A DNA stretch of 64,000 bases. Source: Myxococcales bacterium. Lineage in GTDB: Bacteria; Myxococcota_A; UBA9160; UBA4427. Below, piece after piece: positions 22,139-31,866 of this stretch. The stretch spans positions 24,407-88,406 of the forward strand of contig DUBZ01000062.1 in the NCBI GenBank assembly GCA_012960035.1. The letters are read 5' to 3'. The translations under genes and the position numbers were made by a program. Each line of letters starts with the position of its first letter. Position 1 is the first letter of the stretch. Below the pieces are notes generated by a model. The model was not told the DNA's origin. It saw only the letters and a program-made list of their open reading frames with translations, and did not search any database.

Positions 22139-23806
22139 ATGACGAATGAATCCGGGATTCAAGTTGATCTGTTTGGCGGTCTCAAGCGTAGAGGGTACCT
22201 GGCGAGTGTTATCGCCGGCGCGATTACCCTTGTCGTCTATTGGATCGCGATGGCACTGCCCAATGAATACTCCGCAAGCGCGATTTTGCTTGTGGAACCA
22301 CAAGCGGTGAACGAGCGATTGGTGGAGGCCGGCGCCTCGGGCGTTGATCTCAACGAACGTTTGAACCTCATGACGGCCGAAATTTTGAGCCGCACCCGGC
22401 TTTCTCGAATCATCGAAGAACTGCAGCTCTTCGTTGATGAATCGAAGACGATGACCCGTCAAGAAATCGTCGACGAAATGCGAACCCAGGTTTCGGTACG
22501 GCCAGTGATTCCCGAGTTGACCCGGGGCATGCGTAACGCGGGGCCCCCAGAGATCAATACGTTCCAGGTCTTCTTTACATCGACCTCTGCCAAAACAGCG
22601 GCCGATGTCGCGCAGAAGCTCGCCAATGACTTTATCCAGGAACACATTGCCGATCGCGTAAAGACGACACAGACCAGTCTCGAATTTATTTCCACCGAGG
22701 AAAATCGACTCGCCACGCAAATCGAAGAAATCGACGGTTTCTTGGCCGAGATCAAAGAAAAGAACGAGGCGAGCCTTCCCGAAAACTTGGGGAACAATCA
22801 ACGCACCCTCGAACGAGACCTGGGCGAGATGCGATACGCCCAGCGCCAGCTCGACGTGGCCCGCAGCGATTTGAGCTTCTGGCAGCATCAGTTTCGTGCC
22901 GCGCAGGCGATCAGCGAGGACGAGAGAGAAGACGTGCTGTCTCCGGCTCGCCGAATTCAGAGTCTTGAAATACAGCTGAAGGAATATCGCGCCCGTGGCT
23001 TTACCAAGCGCCATCCCGACTTGATCAGCTTGCAAGCCGAGATTGAATCGAACCGGCGCGCGCTCGAAGCCGAAGAAGCGCTAAAAGATTCGAGTGATGG
23101 CGACGAACTCGTTGTGATGAACTTTGCGGAACAGAGTGCCGCGGCGGAAGAGTACCGCGCGGCACTTCACGTCGAGGCGCTCGAGCAAGAAGTCGAGCGA
23201 ATCGCAGAGAATCTCGAAGTGCTTCGCGGCAACCTTGCCGCGACGCCGCGCGTCGCCGAGCAACTCGACGTCTACCAGCGACAACACAGGCAGCTGTCCG
23301 ACAGCCTGTTGAGCTTCTCAAATTTGCGGCTTGAAGCCGCGGTTCAGGCAGACCTCGAGCGTCGGCAGTTGGGTGAGCGCTTTCGAATTCTCGAGTCGGC
23401 GATTCAGCCTCGTGAAATTTCGTCCCCGAACCGCACACTCATTTTGATTTTGGGGCTGGTCTTCGGTTTGACGGTGGGTGTGATCGTCGGCATCGTTGCG
23501 GAAGGTACTGATCCTTCGTTCCACCAAGAGCGCGACCTTCAGTCGTCCGTCGGCATACCGGTCCTCGCAGTGATCCCCGCCATCAGTTTTGACGAGGACC
23601 TCGAAAATAAAAGGCGTGCTAATACGGTTCGTGCAATGGCGCTTGTCGCCGTGACCGCGTTCAGCATATTCGGCGGACTCGGGACCTACTTGCTGGTCAA
23701 CGGCGCACCCGCTTGGTTGAGTGGCTTGTTCAGCGGCGACGAGGATGGCGCTCCCGGTCCTGGAACTGAGGTTTACCGCTTTGAAGTAAAGGACGACTGG
23801 GCGTAG
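22139..23806 (+). CDS. Polysaccharide chain-length determinant (PCP/GumC-Wzz family, PEP-CTERM-locus type)
   Basis: It has an N-terminal TM segment plus a Wzz-like block (YSASAILLVEPQ), a long coiled-coil periplasmic region, a second TM segment with SPNRTLILILGLVFGL, and a proline/glycine-rich end. Confidence 0.8.
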   Translation: MTNESGIQVDLFGGLKRRGYLASVIAGAITLVVYWIAMALPNEYSASAILLVEPQAVNERLVEAGASGVDLNERLNLMTAEILSRTRLSRIIEELQLFVDESKTMTRQEIVDEMRTQVSVRPVIPELTRGMRNAGPPEINTFQVFFTSTSAKTAADVAQKLANDFIQEHIADRVKTTQTSLEFISTEENRLATQIEEIDGFLAEIKEKNEASLPENLGNNQRTLERDLGEMRYAQRQLDVARSDLSFWQHQFRAAQAISEDEREDVLSPARRIQSLEIQLKEYRARGFTKRHPDLISLQAEIESNRRALEAEEALKDSSDGDELVVMNFAEQSAAAEEYRAALHVEALEQEVERIAENLEVLRGNLAATPRVAEQLDVYQRQHRQLSDSLLSFSNLRLEAAVQADLERRQLGERFRILESAIQPREISSPNRTLILILGLVFGLTVGVIVGIVAEGTDPSFHQERDLQSSVGIPVLAVIPAISFDEDLENKRRANTVRAMALVAVTAFSIFGGLGTYLLVNGAPAWLSGLFSGDEDGAPGPGTEVYRFEVKDDWA

Positions 23807-23873
23807 CCCCAGCTGTGTCCGTGAAACCCAATTAAACAAATGATGAACACGAAACGAGTGAACGGCTAATTTC

Positions 23874-24737
23874 ATGTACTGCGAACATTACGGATTTGTA
23901 AGGCGTCCCTTCGAGATGACGCCCGACCCTTCGTTTCTCTTTCTTGGAGAAGCGCATCGCGAAGGCTTGGCGACGCTCGTCTATGGAGTGCAGTCCGGTA
24001 AAGGGTTCGTGTTGCTAACGGGGGAGGTAGGGACTGGGAAGACCACACTCTTGCATGCGCTCCTTGGACAACTCGATTCGTCTACCGCGTCCGCCTTCAT
24101 CTTTAATCCAAGGCTGTCGCCCCTCGACTTCTTTGAGATGTTGTTTCAAGAGTTCGGAATTGAGCGCAAGTGTAAGAGCAAGGCCGAGTACCTGATCCAC
24201 TTCAACGAGTACTTGATCGAGCGCCTCGCCAACAACGAGCCGACGCTTCTGATCGTCGACGAAGCGCAAAACCTTTCTCCCGAGATGCTCGAAGAAATTC
24301 GTTTGCTTTCGAACTTGGAAACGCCCACTTCGAAACTGATTCAGATCATGTTGGTAGGTCAACCTGAACTCAATGAGATGCTTGCTCGCTCCGACCTGCG
24401 CCAGTTGCGACAACGCATCGCATTGCGACATCACCTGCGTCCGTTCAACAACGAAGAACTCAACAGCTACGTGAGCGAACGCCTCGCCAAGGCGGGGTAC
24501 ACGGGCAAGCCGCTCTTTAACCGCGGCGCACTCAAGGCTCTCTATTTATTTTCAGGTGGCACCCCTCGCATCATCAATAACGTATGCGACGGTGCACTCC
24601 TTCAGGCTTATGCCCGGGGCTTGCCGACGATCGACCGGAAGCTGATCCGCGAAGTCGCGTCGACGTTGTCATTGGATGAGATGCCGCAGGGCGCAGAAGC
24701 CGCGGCGGGGAAACGCAAGAAGAGATTTTGGCGCTAA
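23874..24737 (+). CDS. ExeA-like AAA ATPase (XrtA/PEP-CTERM system-associated ATPase type)
   Basis: YGFVRRPFEMTPDPSFLFLGEAHREGLATLVYGV..GKGFVLLTGEVGTGKTTLL, followed by LLIVDEAQNL as the Walker B motif. Confidence 0.85.
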   Translation: MYCEHYGFVRRPFEMTPDPSFLFLGEAHREGLATLVYGVQSGKGFVLLTGEVGTGKTTLLHALLGQLDSSTASAFIFNPRLSPLDFFEMLFQEFGIERKCKSKAEYLIHFNEYLIERLANNEPTLLIVDEAQNLSPEMLEEIRLLSNLETPTSKLIQIMLVGQPELNEMLARSDLRQLRQRIALRHHLRPFNNEELNSYVSERLAKAGYTGKPLFNRGALKALYLFSGGTPRIINNVCDGALLQAYARGLPTIDRKLIREVASTLSLDEMPQGAEAAAGKRKKRFWR

Positions 24738-24839
24738 TTTGGTTAATACTGCCGTCGTGACATGACGCTTGATGGCGCCAATGTTTGTTTCGCTGAACGA
24801 CAACAAACGACATGATGGGCGATCGAATGGGAAATACCG

Positions 24840-25703
24840 ATGGGTAACTACGAAGCACTACAAAAGGCAGAGCAGGAACGTCGCCATAAGGTCGCGGGCG
24901 ACAAGGCTACACCTGTCGACGCGCTGAACTGGGACGCGACGCCACAGTCGGCTCCGCTGTCCGGAAAGGCGGGGCTGTTGTCCCGCTTGACGAAGGGCCG
25001 CAAGCGTAAGACCAAGGGCGCCGGCGCCGCGCCTGTTCAGGATTCCAGCGAGCTCAACAAACGACGCATCGCCATCCTTCGCCCCGAGTCCTATATCTCA
25101 GAGCAGTTTCGGATGTTGCGCGGTCGCATCGAGTCCCTTTCGGCACAACGTCCAATCCGCACCGTTGCGATGACGAGCGCGAATCCCGGCGAGGGGAAGA
25201 GCACCGCGGCAATCAACCTGGCGGTGGTCGAGGCCATGGGGCTCGGGAAACGCGTTCTTCTTGTTGATTGCGATATGCGACGACCGACTGCGCATCGTTC
25301 ACTCGGCGTCACCCCGAAGTTTGGGCTCGCTGAAGTTCTGTTGGATCGCGCCACGCTTGCCGAAGCGGTGGTTCGCCCGGAAGGAACCGGGCTCGACGCC
25401 CTTGTGGTTCGTTTACAGCCGGACAATCCGTCTGAACTTCTGGCCTCGGATCGAATGCGGACTCTGCTCGAAGAGATGGCACAGTCCTATGATCGAATTA
25501 TTCTTGATACTCCCGCGACGTTGGGTCTGCCGGACTCGAAGATCGTGACCGGGTTGTGCGACGGTGTGGTTGTCGTGGTTCGCGCGGACGTGACTCCGCG
25601 CGAAGAAGTGGGCGCAGTCCTGGACATCTTGGATCGCAGACGAATTTTAGGGATGATCCTGAACGGTGCAGACATCAGTCGAGAAAGTTACGGCTACTAC
25701 TAG
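24840..25703 (+). CDS. BY-kinase-like tyrosine autokinase (CpsD/CapB family ATPase)
   Basis: Walker A SANPGEGKSTAAINLA, Walker A' VLLVDCDMRRP, Walker B IILDTPA, and a tyrosine-bearing C-terminus ..SRESYGYY. Confidence 0.8.
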   Translation: MGNYEALQKAEQERRHKVAGDKATPVDALNWDATPQSAPLSGKAGLLSRLTKGRKRKTKGAGAAPVQDSSELNKRRIAILRPESYISEQFRMLRGRIESLSAQRPIRTVAMTSANPGEGKSTAAINLAVVEAMGLGKRVLLVDCDMRRPTAHRSLGVTPKFGLAEVLLDRATLAEAVVRPEGTGLDALVVRLQPDNPSELLASDRMRTLLEEMAQSYDRIILDTPATLGLPDSKIVTGLCDGVVVVVRADVTPREEVGAVLDILDRRRILGMILNGADISRESYGYY

Positions 25704-25757
25704 CGTGTCACGTCCCATCGGGCGGATTGCTCGTTTGGAATATTTGACGGGGAAATT

Positions 25758-26909
25758 TTGTCGCTTTCGGTGATCTTACTACCGCTCGCCACGGCGATGA
25801 TTGTGTCGGCGTTGTGCACGCCGCTGGTCGCACGACTTGCGCGCTGGCTGCAGGTGATCGACCGGCCAAACGATCGCAAAGTGAGCTCGCGCGGCGAAAT
25901 GCCGCTTTTGGGTGGTCTCGCGGTGGCCGCGGGGGTAGCGGCGGGCTTGCTTTCGGTCGACCTATTCTTCGACGGCGACTTCCTGCCCAACAATCGCATG
26001 CGCGGCTTCATGTTCAGTGGCGGTCTGATCCTCGCGGTGGGTGCGTTGGACGATCGTTTTGGGATGGGGGCGGTGACCAAACTCATCGCGCAAATTGCGG
26101 CTGCATCGGTCGCGTTCCACGCAGGATTTGCCATCGAATCGTTTCGATTCCCGATGTCCGGCGATTCTTTTGAATTGCTGTGGTGGGTTTCTTACGCAGT
26201 TACGATCTTTTGGATCGTTGCGGTGACCAACGCCGTAAACCTGATCGACGGGCTCGACGGACTTGCGACCGGCGTGTCGATCATCATGGCCATCACGATG
26301 ACGTATGTGTGCCTGACCGCCGATCAGGTTCCCGGTGTGATTTACGGCGCTGCGATCATCGGTGGGGCGCTCGGGTTCTTGCCCTACAACTTCCCGCCCG
26401 CGCGGATCTTTCTCGGGGACACCGGCGCCCTTTATCTCGGATTCTCGGTTTCGCTGCTCGCGGTCGAGGGCTACATGGGCGGCTATCGCCGAGCATCGGT
26501 ATTGCCGTTCGTGGTCCCGCTGATGGCGCTGGCCGTACCCTTGATGGATACGATCCTCTCGGTCGTGCGCAGGCTACGCAGCGGCACGGGTATTTTCTCG
26601 GCCGACAGAATGCACATGCACCACCAACTGTTACGGACCGAAGGCTCGCACACACGCGCGGTGTTGTTCCTATATTTGTTGACGGCGTGCTTCTGTTCGA
26701 TCGCCATCTGTTTTGTAATTCTTGAAGATCTCTACAGTGCCTCTTTACTGCTGGCGATTGTTTTATTCTTGACGATCCGATTACTACGAAACCTCGGAGT
26801 GTTTTCGGACTGGAACAAAGCTGAAACCGACGCTCCTGCGGCCGAGGATTCGGCCCGAGACGAAGCGGCGCAGTCCAGTTCGGGCGAGGAAGGGGAAGTT
26901 TTACCATGA
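25758..26909 (+). CDS. Glycosyltransferase family 4 (WecA/MraY-like) polyprenyl-phosphate sugar-1-phosphate transferase
   Basis: Multi-pass membrane protein with DRPNDRK.S.....PLLGG, VTNAVNLIDGLDGLATG and NFPPARIFLGDTGALYLGF. Confidence 0.88.
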   Translation: MSLSVILLPLATAMIVSALCTPLVARLARWLQVIDRPNDRKVSSRGEMPLLGGLAVAAGVAAGLLSVDLFFDGDFLPNNRMRGFMFSGGLILAVGALDDRFGMGAVTKLIAQIAAASVAFHAGFAIESFRFPMSGDSFELLWWVSYAVTIFWIVAVTNAVNLIDGLDGLATGVSIIMAITMTYVCLTADQVPGVIYGAAIIGGALGFLPYNFPPARIFLGDTGALYLGFSVSLLAVEGYMGGYRRASVLPFVVPLMALAVPLMDTILSVVRRLRSGTGIFSADRMHMHHQLLRTEGSHTRAVLFLYLLTACFCSIAICFVILEDLYSASLLLAIVLFLTIRLLRNLGVFSDWNKAETDAPAAEDSARDEAAQSSSGEEGEVLP

Positions 26910-28222
26910 ACGTCGCAGTCATTGGTAGTGGGTACGTTGGCCTGGTCACGGGAGCGTGCTTTTCTGAGTTCGGCGTGCAGGTTGTCTGCGCGGACAAAGA
27001 CGCGGACAAAGTCGCTTCTCTGTGTCGCGGCACAATGCCAATCTATGAACCCGGTCTTGATGATCTGGTGAGTCGCAATGTTCGTGAGGGTCGTCTGTCA
27101 TTTACCGCCGACCCGCCGGAAGCCATTCGCAACGGGTTGGTGGTATTCATCGCCGTGGGTACGCCCGCAGCGGAAGACGGAAGTACGAACCTCGACTTCA
27201 TCGAAGCGGTGTCCCGCGAGATCGGCCAATGCATGGACGGCTACAAGGTCGTCGTGACCAAGAGCACCGTGCCGGTCGGAACCGCGAAGAAGGTTCGCAA
27301 ATGGATCCAGGAAGAGCTGAACAAACGCGGAAGCTCGGCGCATTTTAGCGTCGCTTCGAACCCAGAGTTCTTGCGCGAAGGCGCGGCGATCGGCGACTTC
27401 ATGCGTCCCGATCGCGTGGTGATCGGAACTGACGACGGAGACGAGCAGGCGCTTGCAATCATCCAGGATCTCTATCGACCGCTGTTTCTGAACGAGACCC
27501 CGTTTGTTATTACCAACGTCGCGACGGCGGAACTTTCGAAGTACGCGGCGAATGCGTTCCTCGCGACCAAGATTTCGTTCATCAATGAGATCTCGATTCT
27601 CTGCGAACGGATCGGGGGCGACGTCCAAGGCGTGGCTCGCGCGATGGGACTCGATAAGCGGATCGGTTCCAAGTTTTTGCACGCGGGCCCCGGATATGGC
27701 GGTTCCTGTTTTCCGAAGGACACGCTTTCAGCTGTGCATTTTGCCCGAGACCTCGGCATCGACTTCGAAATCGTCGAAGCTGCGATTCGCGCGAATACCC
27801 GCCAGCGAGAGCACGTGACGAACAAGGTTCGCACGGCCCTCGGCGGCGATGTCAAAGGCAAGACGGTTTCTCTACTCGGTCTTTCGTTCAAGCCAGAGAC
27901 CGACGACGTGCGCGATTCTCCGGCGATCGCAATTGCGAGGAGTCTCGTCGCGGAAGGTGCGACAGTGCGTGCTTTCGATCCACAGGCCATGAACGAAGCC
28001 GCTCGCGCCATTCCCGAACTCGTGCTCTGCAAGGACGTCTATGAAACGTGCGAAGGCGGTGATGTACTCGTGATTGCCACCGAATGGAATCAGTTCCGCA
28101 TGCTCGATTTCGCGCGCGTGAAAGATTTACTCAACGAACCGATCATGGTGGATCTGCGAAACATTTATCGCGCGGATGCGATGAATAGTGCGGGGTTCAG
28201 CTACCTGAGTGTTGGCCGATGA
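26906..28222 (+). CDS. ugd: UDP-glucose 6-dehydrogenase
   Basis: MNVAVIGSGYVGLVTGACF...MPIYEPGLDDLV and the catalytic GGSCFPKD. It has a 4-nt overlap with the upstream gene. Confidence 0.93.
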   Translation: MNVAVIGSGYVGLVTGACFSEFGVQVVCADKDADKVASLCRGTMPIYEPGLDDLVSRNVREGRLSFTADPPEAIRNGLVVFIAVGTPAAEDGSTNLDFIEAVSREIGQCMDGYKVVVTKSTVPVGTAKKVRKWIQEELNKRGSSAHFSVASNPEFLREGAAIGDFMRPDRVVIGTDDGDEQALAIIQDLYRPLFLNETPFVITNVATAELSKYAANAFLATKISFINEISILCERIGGDVQGVARAMGLDKRIGSKFLHAGPGYGGSCFPKDTLSAVHFARDLGIDFEIVEAAIRANTRQREHVTNKVRTALGGDVKGKTVSLLGLSFKPETDDVRDSPAIAIARSLVAEGATVRAFDPQAMNEAARAIPELVLCKDVYETCEGGDVLVIATEWNQFRMLDFARVKDLLNEPIMVDLRNIYRADAMNSAGFSYLSVGR

Positions 28223-29325
28223 AACGCGCTCCGCTGCACGCCGTCATTTTGGCGGGGGGGGCGGGTGAACGTTTTTGGCCTGCGTCTCGAGCGCGCCACC
28301 CCAAGCCGCTGTTGAAGGTTGTGGGTGGGTCGAGCTTGCTCGAGGCCACGGTCACGCGTGCGCGTGCCTTCGCGCGTGAAGACCGGATCTGGGTTGTCTG
28401 CGGGCACGAACATGCCGGTCGGATTCGCAAGGCGTCCGGGCTTCCGGCAAGTCGAGTATTGGTCGAACCCAGTCGGCGTAACACGGCGATGGCTGCAGCG
28501 TGGATCGCCGAGCGAATTGCCGCGGAGGATCCAGACGGCGTTCTTGTGATCCTGCCCGCCGACCATCACGTACCGGACCGTCGTGCGTTTGCCCGGTCGA
28601 TCAAAATGGCGGCGTCTGCGGCACAGGAGGCCGATGTCCTCGTCACCCTGGGGGTGAAGCCGACTCGGCCCGACACCGGGTACGGATACATCGAAGTTGG
28701 GGCAAAGGCCGACCAGGCTCACCCGGGGCTGCATCGGGTTTCGCGATTCGTTGAGAAGCCGGGGCCCGCAAAGGCACGACGCTACGTGGCTTCAGGTAAG
28801 CACCTCTGGAACGCCGGTGTGTTTATTTGGAGTGCGCGCACGTTTCTGGAAGAAGTCGAGGCGTGGGCTCCCAAGCTTCATCGTGCGCTGGCTCCGCTGC
28901 ACGCCCATCCCAAGGGCCGCAACCGCGACGCCGTTCTCAAGGCGTACGATGCCGCACCTGCATTGCCCGTCGACGTTGCGATCCTTGAAAAAAGCAAACG
29001 TGTATGGACGCTACAGGTCAGTTTTTCGTGGAGCGATGTAGGCACATGGGAATCGCTCGCGGCCGAGCTTGGCGTCGGGAAAAAGCCCGCCCGCGGCAGC
29101 AACAATGCTTCTCGCAACATGGTCATTGAAGGCGAGCTGCACGCGATTGATGCGGAGTCGAACCTGGTTTGGGCGAGTGACAGACCCATCGCACTTTTAG
29201 GTGTAGATAATCTTGCAGTGGTCGATACAGGAGATGTGATATTGATCACAAAGTTAGACCGCTCAGCTGACGTCAAGCGAATCGTGGCCGCGCTTAAGGC
29301 GAGTGGCCGCGAGGACCTGATCTAA
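28219..29325 (+). CDS. Mannose-1-phosphate guanylyltransferase (nucleotidyltransferase domain only)
   Basis: AVILAGGAGERFWPASRARHPKPLL...GYGYIE...EKP....A..Y..SG.HLWNAGVFIW. It has a 4-nt overlap with ugd. Confidence 0.85.
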   Translation: MKRAPLHAVILAGGAGERFWPASRARHPKPLLKVVGGSSLLEATVTRARAFAREDRIWVVCGHEHAGRIRKASGLPASRVLVEPSRRNTAMAAAWIAERIAAEDPDGVLVILPADHHVPDRRAFARSIKMAASAAQEADVLVTLGVKPTRPDTGYGYIEVGAKADQAHPGLHRVSRFVEKPGPAKARRYVASGKHLWNAGVFIWSARTFLEEVEAWAPKLHRALAPLHAHPKGRNRDAVLKAYDAAPALPVDVAILEKSKRVWTLQVSFSWSDVGTWESLAAELGVGKKPARGSNNASRNMVIEGELHAIDAESNLVWASDRPIALLGVDNLAVVDTGDVILITKLDRSADVKRIVAALKASGREDLI

Positions 29326-29357
29326 ACCCCATTCAAATCGCTTCTGGAGACTTCTTA

Positions 29358-30044
29358 ATGGCTGACAACGTGAAACGACGAGATGCCTGTGAATCGCTTC
29401 GGGCGATTCCGCTTTTTCGAGATGCGACCGCCGACGACCTCGAGAGCCTTGCCACCCACTTGATCGAAAGGCGCTTTCCGAAGGACGCCATCGTCGTCGA
29501 TGAAGGGCTGACCGGCGACTACATGTATGTGATTCGCTCGGGCCGCGTCAAAATCACCAAGGCTTCCGACGATGGCCGCGAAAAGATCATGAACCTTTTC
29601 AGTATCGGCGACTTCTTTGGCGAAATGGCCTTGCTCGACGAACAGCCGCGTTCGGCCAGTGTGACGACGCTTGAACCCACACAATTACTCGCGCTTTCGC
29701 GACGGGACTTCATGGCGCTTCTGAAGACGAGTTCAACGCTCGCGCTGAGCGTGATCCAAGAGTTGACGCGTCGTCTCCGCGACACTTCCGAACAGGCGAG
29801 TTCGGTTTCGTTTCAAAAAGTCCAGCAGCGAACCCGCGGCTTGTTTGAACGCCTGGCAAGGGAAGAGGGCGGCACGGACCCCTGTCGCATCACACCGAAC
29901 CTGACCCACCAACAGATCGCGGACATGATCGGAACGTCGCGTGAGACCGTCACGCGCGCAGTCAAACGCCTCAAGGCAGATGGCTGGCTACAACAGCAGG
30001 GGAAACGCTATGTGATTCCCGCTGAAGAGCATCTCGTCCCCTGA
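29358..30044 (+). CDS. Crp/Fnr family transcriptional regulator
   Basis: cNMP-binding block (GDYMYVIRSGRVKI..FGEMALLDEQPRSASV) and the HTH LTHQQIADMIGTSRETVTRAVKRLKADGWL. Confidence 0.88.
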   Translation: MADNVKRRDACESLRAIPLFRDATADDLESLATHLIERRFPKDAIVVDEGLTGDYMYVIRSGRVKITKASDDGREKIMNLFSIGDFFGEMALLDEQPRSASVTTLEPTQLLALSRRDFMALLKTSSTLALSVIQELTRRLRDTSEQASSVSFQKVQQRTRGLFERLAREEGGTDPCRITPNLTHQQIADMIGTSRETVTRAVKRLKADGWLQQQGKRYVIPAEEHLVP

Positions 30045-30185
30045 ATTGGTGGGTTTTCGTCCCGCTCGCAGTTCAATTTAACGACATCGGCCTCGTACGC
30101 TCAGGGGTTCGGTCTTCTCGACCGATATGCCTCGCGTGAACTCTTTCAATCACGAAATGGTAACTCCGCGTGTCGGTCCTCTCCT

Positions 30186-31640
30186 TTGGGAGCAGGCACG
30201 GTGAGCGGCACCGCGAAATTGAACGCAGCGATCGAAGCGCGTCACGGCGTGCGCATCCTGCTGGTTGACGACGACGCGGTGCTTCGTCGCGACTTGGGTG
30301 CGGCACTTGACGCGCGCTGGCCTGGAGTGGTTTGCGCAAGCGACGGGCAAGAAGCCATGCGCCTCGTGAGTGATCGTGACCGCGCGCCGTTCCACGTTGT
30401 TTTGTCCGCGATGTTTCTTTCGGGCGTCGACGGCGTCGCAATCCTTCGCGCCGCGCGCGAACGAGAATCAGACACGGCGGTTGTCTTGATGGCGTCGCGT
30501 GACGGTGTTGATTCTGCCGTCTCCGCAATGAGCCTCGGCGCGTACGACGTGATTGCGAAGCCCGCGGCGATCGACCGAATCGTCTTACGCGTCGCGCGTG
30601 CTGTCGAGCACGGTCGATTGCTCGACGAGGTCAAAGGATTGCGTGATCAGGTTTCGACCTGGCGCGAAGATTTCATTGTCGCGAATAGTGCATCGATGCG
30701 GGACATCGTCGAGACCGCACGAAGCGCCGCAGCCGTTCGAGCGACGGTGTTGTTGACTGGAGAAACCGGCACCGGCAAAGAAGTCATCGCCGGTTTGATT
30801 CACGGTCACTCGCCTCGCGCCTCAGGCCCTTTCGTCAAAGTCAATTGCGCCGCACTCCCCGAAACACTGCTCGAGTCCGAGTTGTTCGGTCACGAACGCG
30901 GCGCGTATACCGGCGCGGATCAGCGGCGCATCGGCCTTTTCGAACGCGCGAGTGAAGGCACACTTTTGCTTGACGAAATCGCGGAAACCTCTCCCGCGAC
31001 CCAGGTCAAATTGCTGCGTGTTTTGCAAGACCAAGAGTTTTATCGCCTCGGCGGAACTGAGCCCTTGCGAACCCATGCGCGGATCATCGCCGCAACCAAC
31101 CGAGATCTTCGCTCGGCGCTGCAAGATGGATCTCTGCGAGAAGATTTCTACTACCGCATTAATGTGATCCAGCTTCACTTGGCGCCTCTCCGAGAACGCC
31201 GCGAAGACATCAAGCTGCTTGCCGAGCGCTACCGAGAACGTTTCGCTCGAGAACTCGGTCGTCCTTGTACGGGCTTTACCGGCGCCGCAATGGATCTCAT
31301 GATCGGTTACCCGTGGCCCGGCAATGTCCGGGAACTGCGCAATGCCATCGAGCGATCGGTGCTGCTCGCGCAAGGAACCTCGATTGACTCAGGCGACCTC
31401 CATCTTGCGTCGGCGGGACGTCCCGCACACGGCAGGGAATGGCAGATCGACTTACCGCCCGATGGGCTTTCGCTGCAGACAGTTGAGCGGGCTCTCGTGC
31501 TCGCGGCGCTGCGCCGCACTGGCTTCGTTCAGAAAGACGCAGCTCCGTTGATCGGGGTAAGCCAACGAAAACTCAACTACATGATCGCCCGTATGGGCAT
31601 CGTGCACGAAAGCTGGCGCCGCAATCGGGAACCGAATTAG
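30186..31640 (+). CDS. Sigma-54-dependent regulator with a degenerate (non-phosphorylatable) receiver domain
   Basis: Walker A GETGTGKE, a GAYTGA variant loop, and the HTH VQKDAAPLIGVSQRKLNYMI. The receiver reads HVVLSAMFLSGVDG, with Ala where the phospho-Asp normally sits. Confidence 0.9.
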   Translation: MGAGTVSGTAKLNAAIEARHGVRILLVDDDAVLRRDLGAALDARWPGVVCASDGQEAMRLVSDRDRAPFHVVLSAMFLSGVDGVAILRAARERESDTAVVLMASRDGVDSAVSAMSLGAYDVIAKPAAIDRIVLRVARAVEHGRLLDEVKGLRDQVSTWREDFIVANSASMRDIVETARSAAAVRATVLLTGETGTGKEVIAGLIHGHSPRASGPFVKVNCAALPETLLESELFGHERGAYTGADQRRIGLFERASEGTLLLDEIAETSPATQVKLLRVLQDQEFYRLGGTEPLRTHARIIAATNRDLRSALQDGSLREDFYYRINVIQLHLAPLRERREDIKLLAERYRERFARELGRPCTGFTGAAMDLMIGYPWPGNVRELRNAIERSVLLAQGTSIDSGDLHLASAGRPAHGREWQIDLPPDGLSLQTVERALVLAALRRTGFVQKDAAPLIGVSQRKLNYMIARMGIVHESWRRNREPN

Positions 31641-31866
31641 AGTTCGGCAACTCTAGATGTGGAAACGCGAAAATGAACTCGAAACGACGCTCGAAACACG
31701 CGACCACGGGGCCAAATCCCGCTAAACTGCGTCCGCTTAATGAATGTGGTCGAGTCTACCTCGGTCGGCGGAACCACGAACCAAGATCCATGAATTACGA
31801 ACGAACGCCGCTGTCGCAATTGCACTGCGGACACCAAGTACTGTCGATCACCAAGAGGGTCCAACG

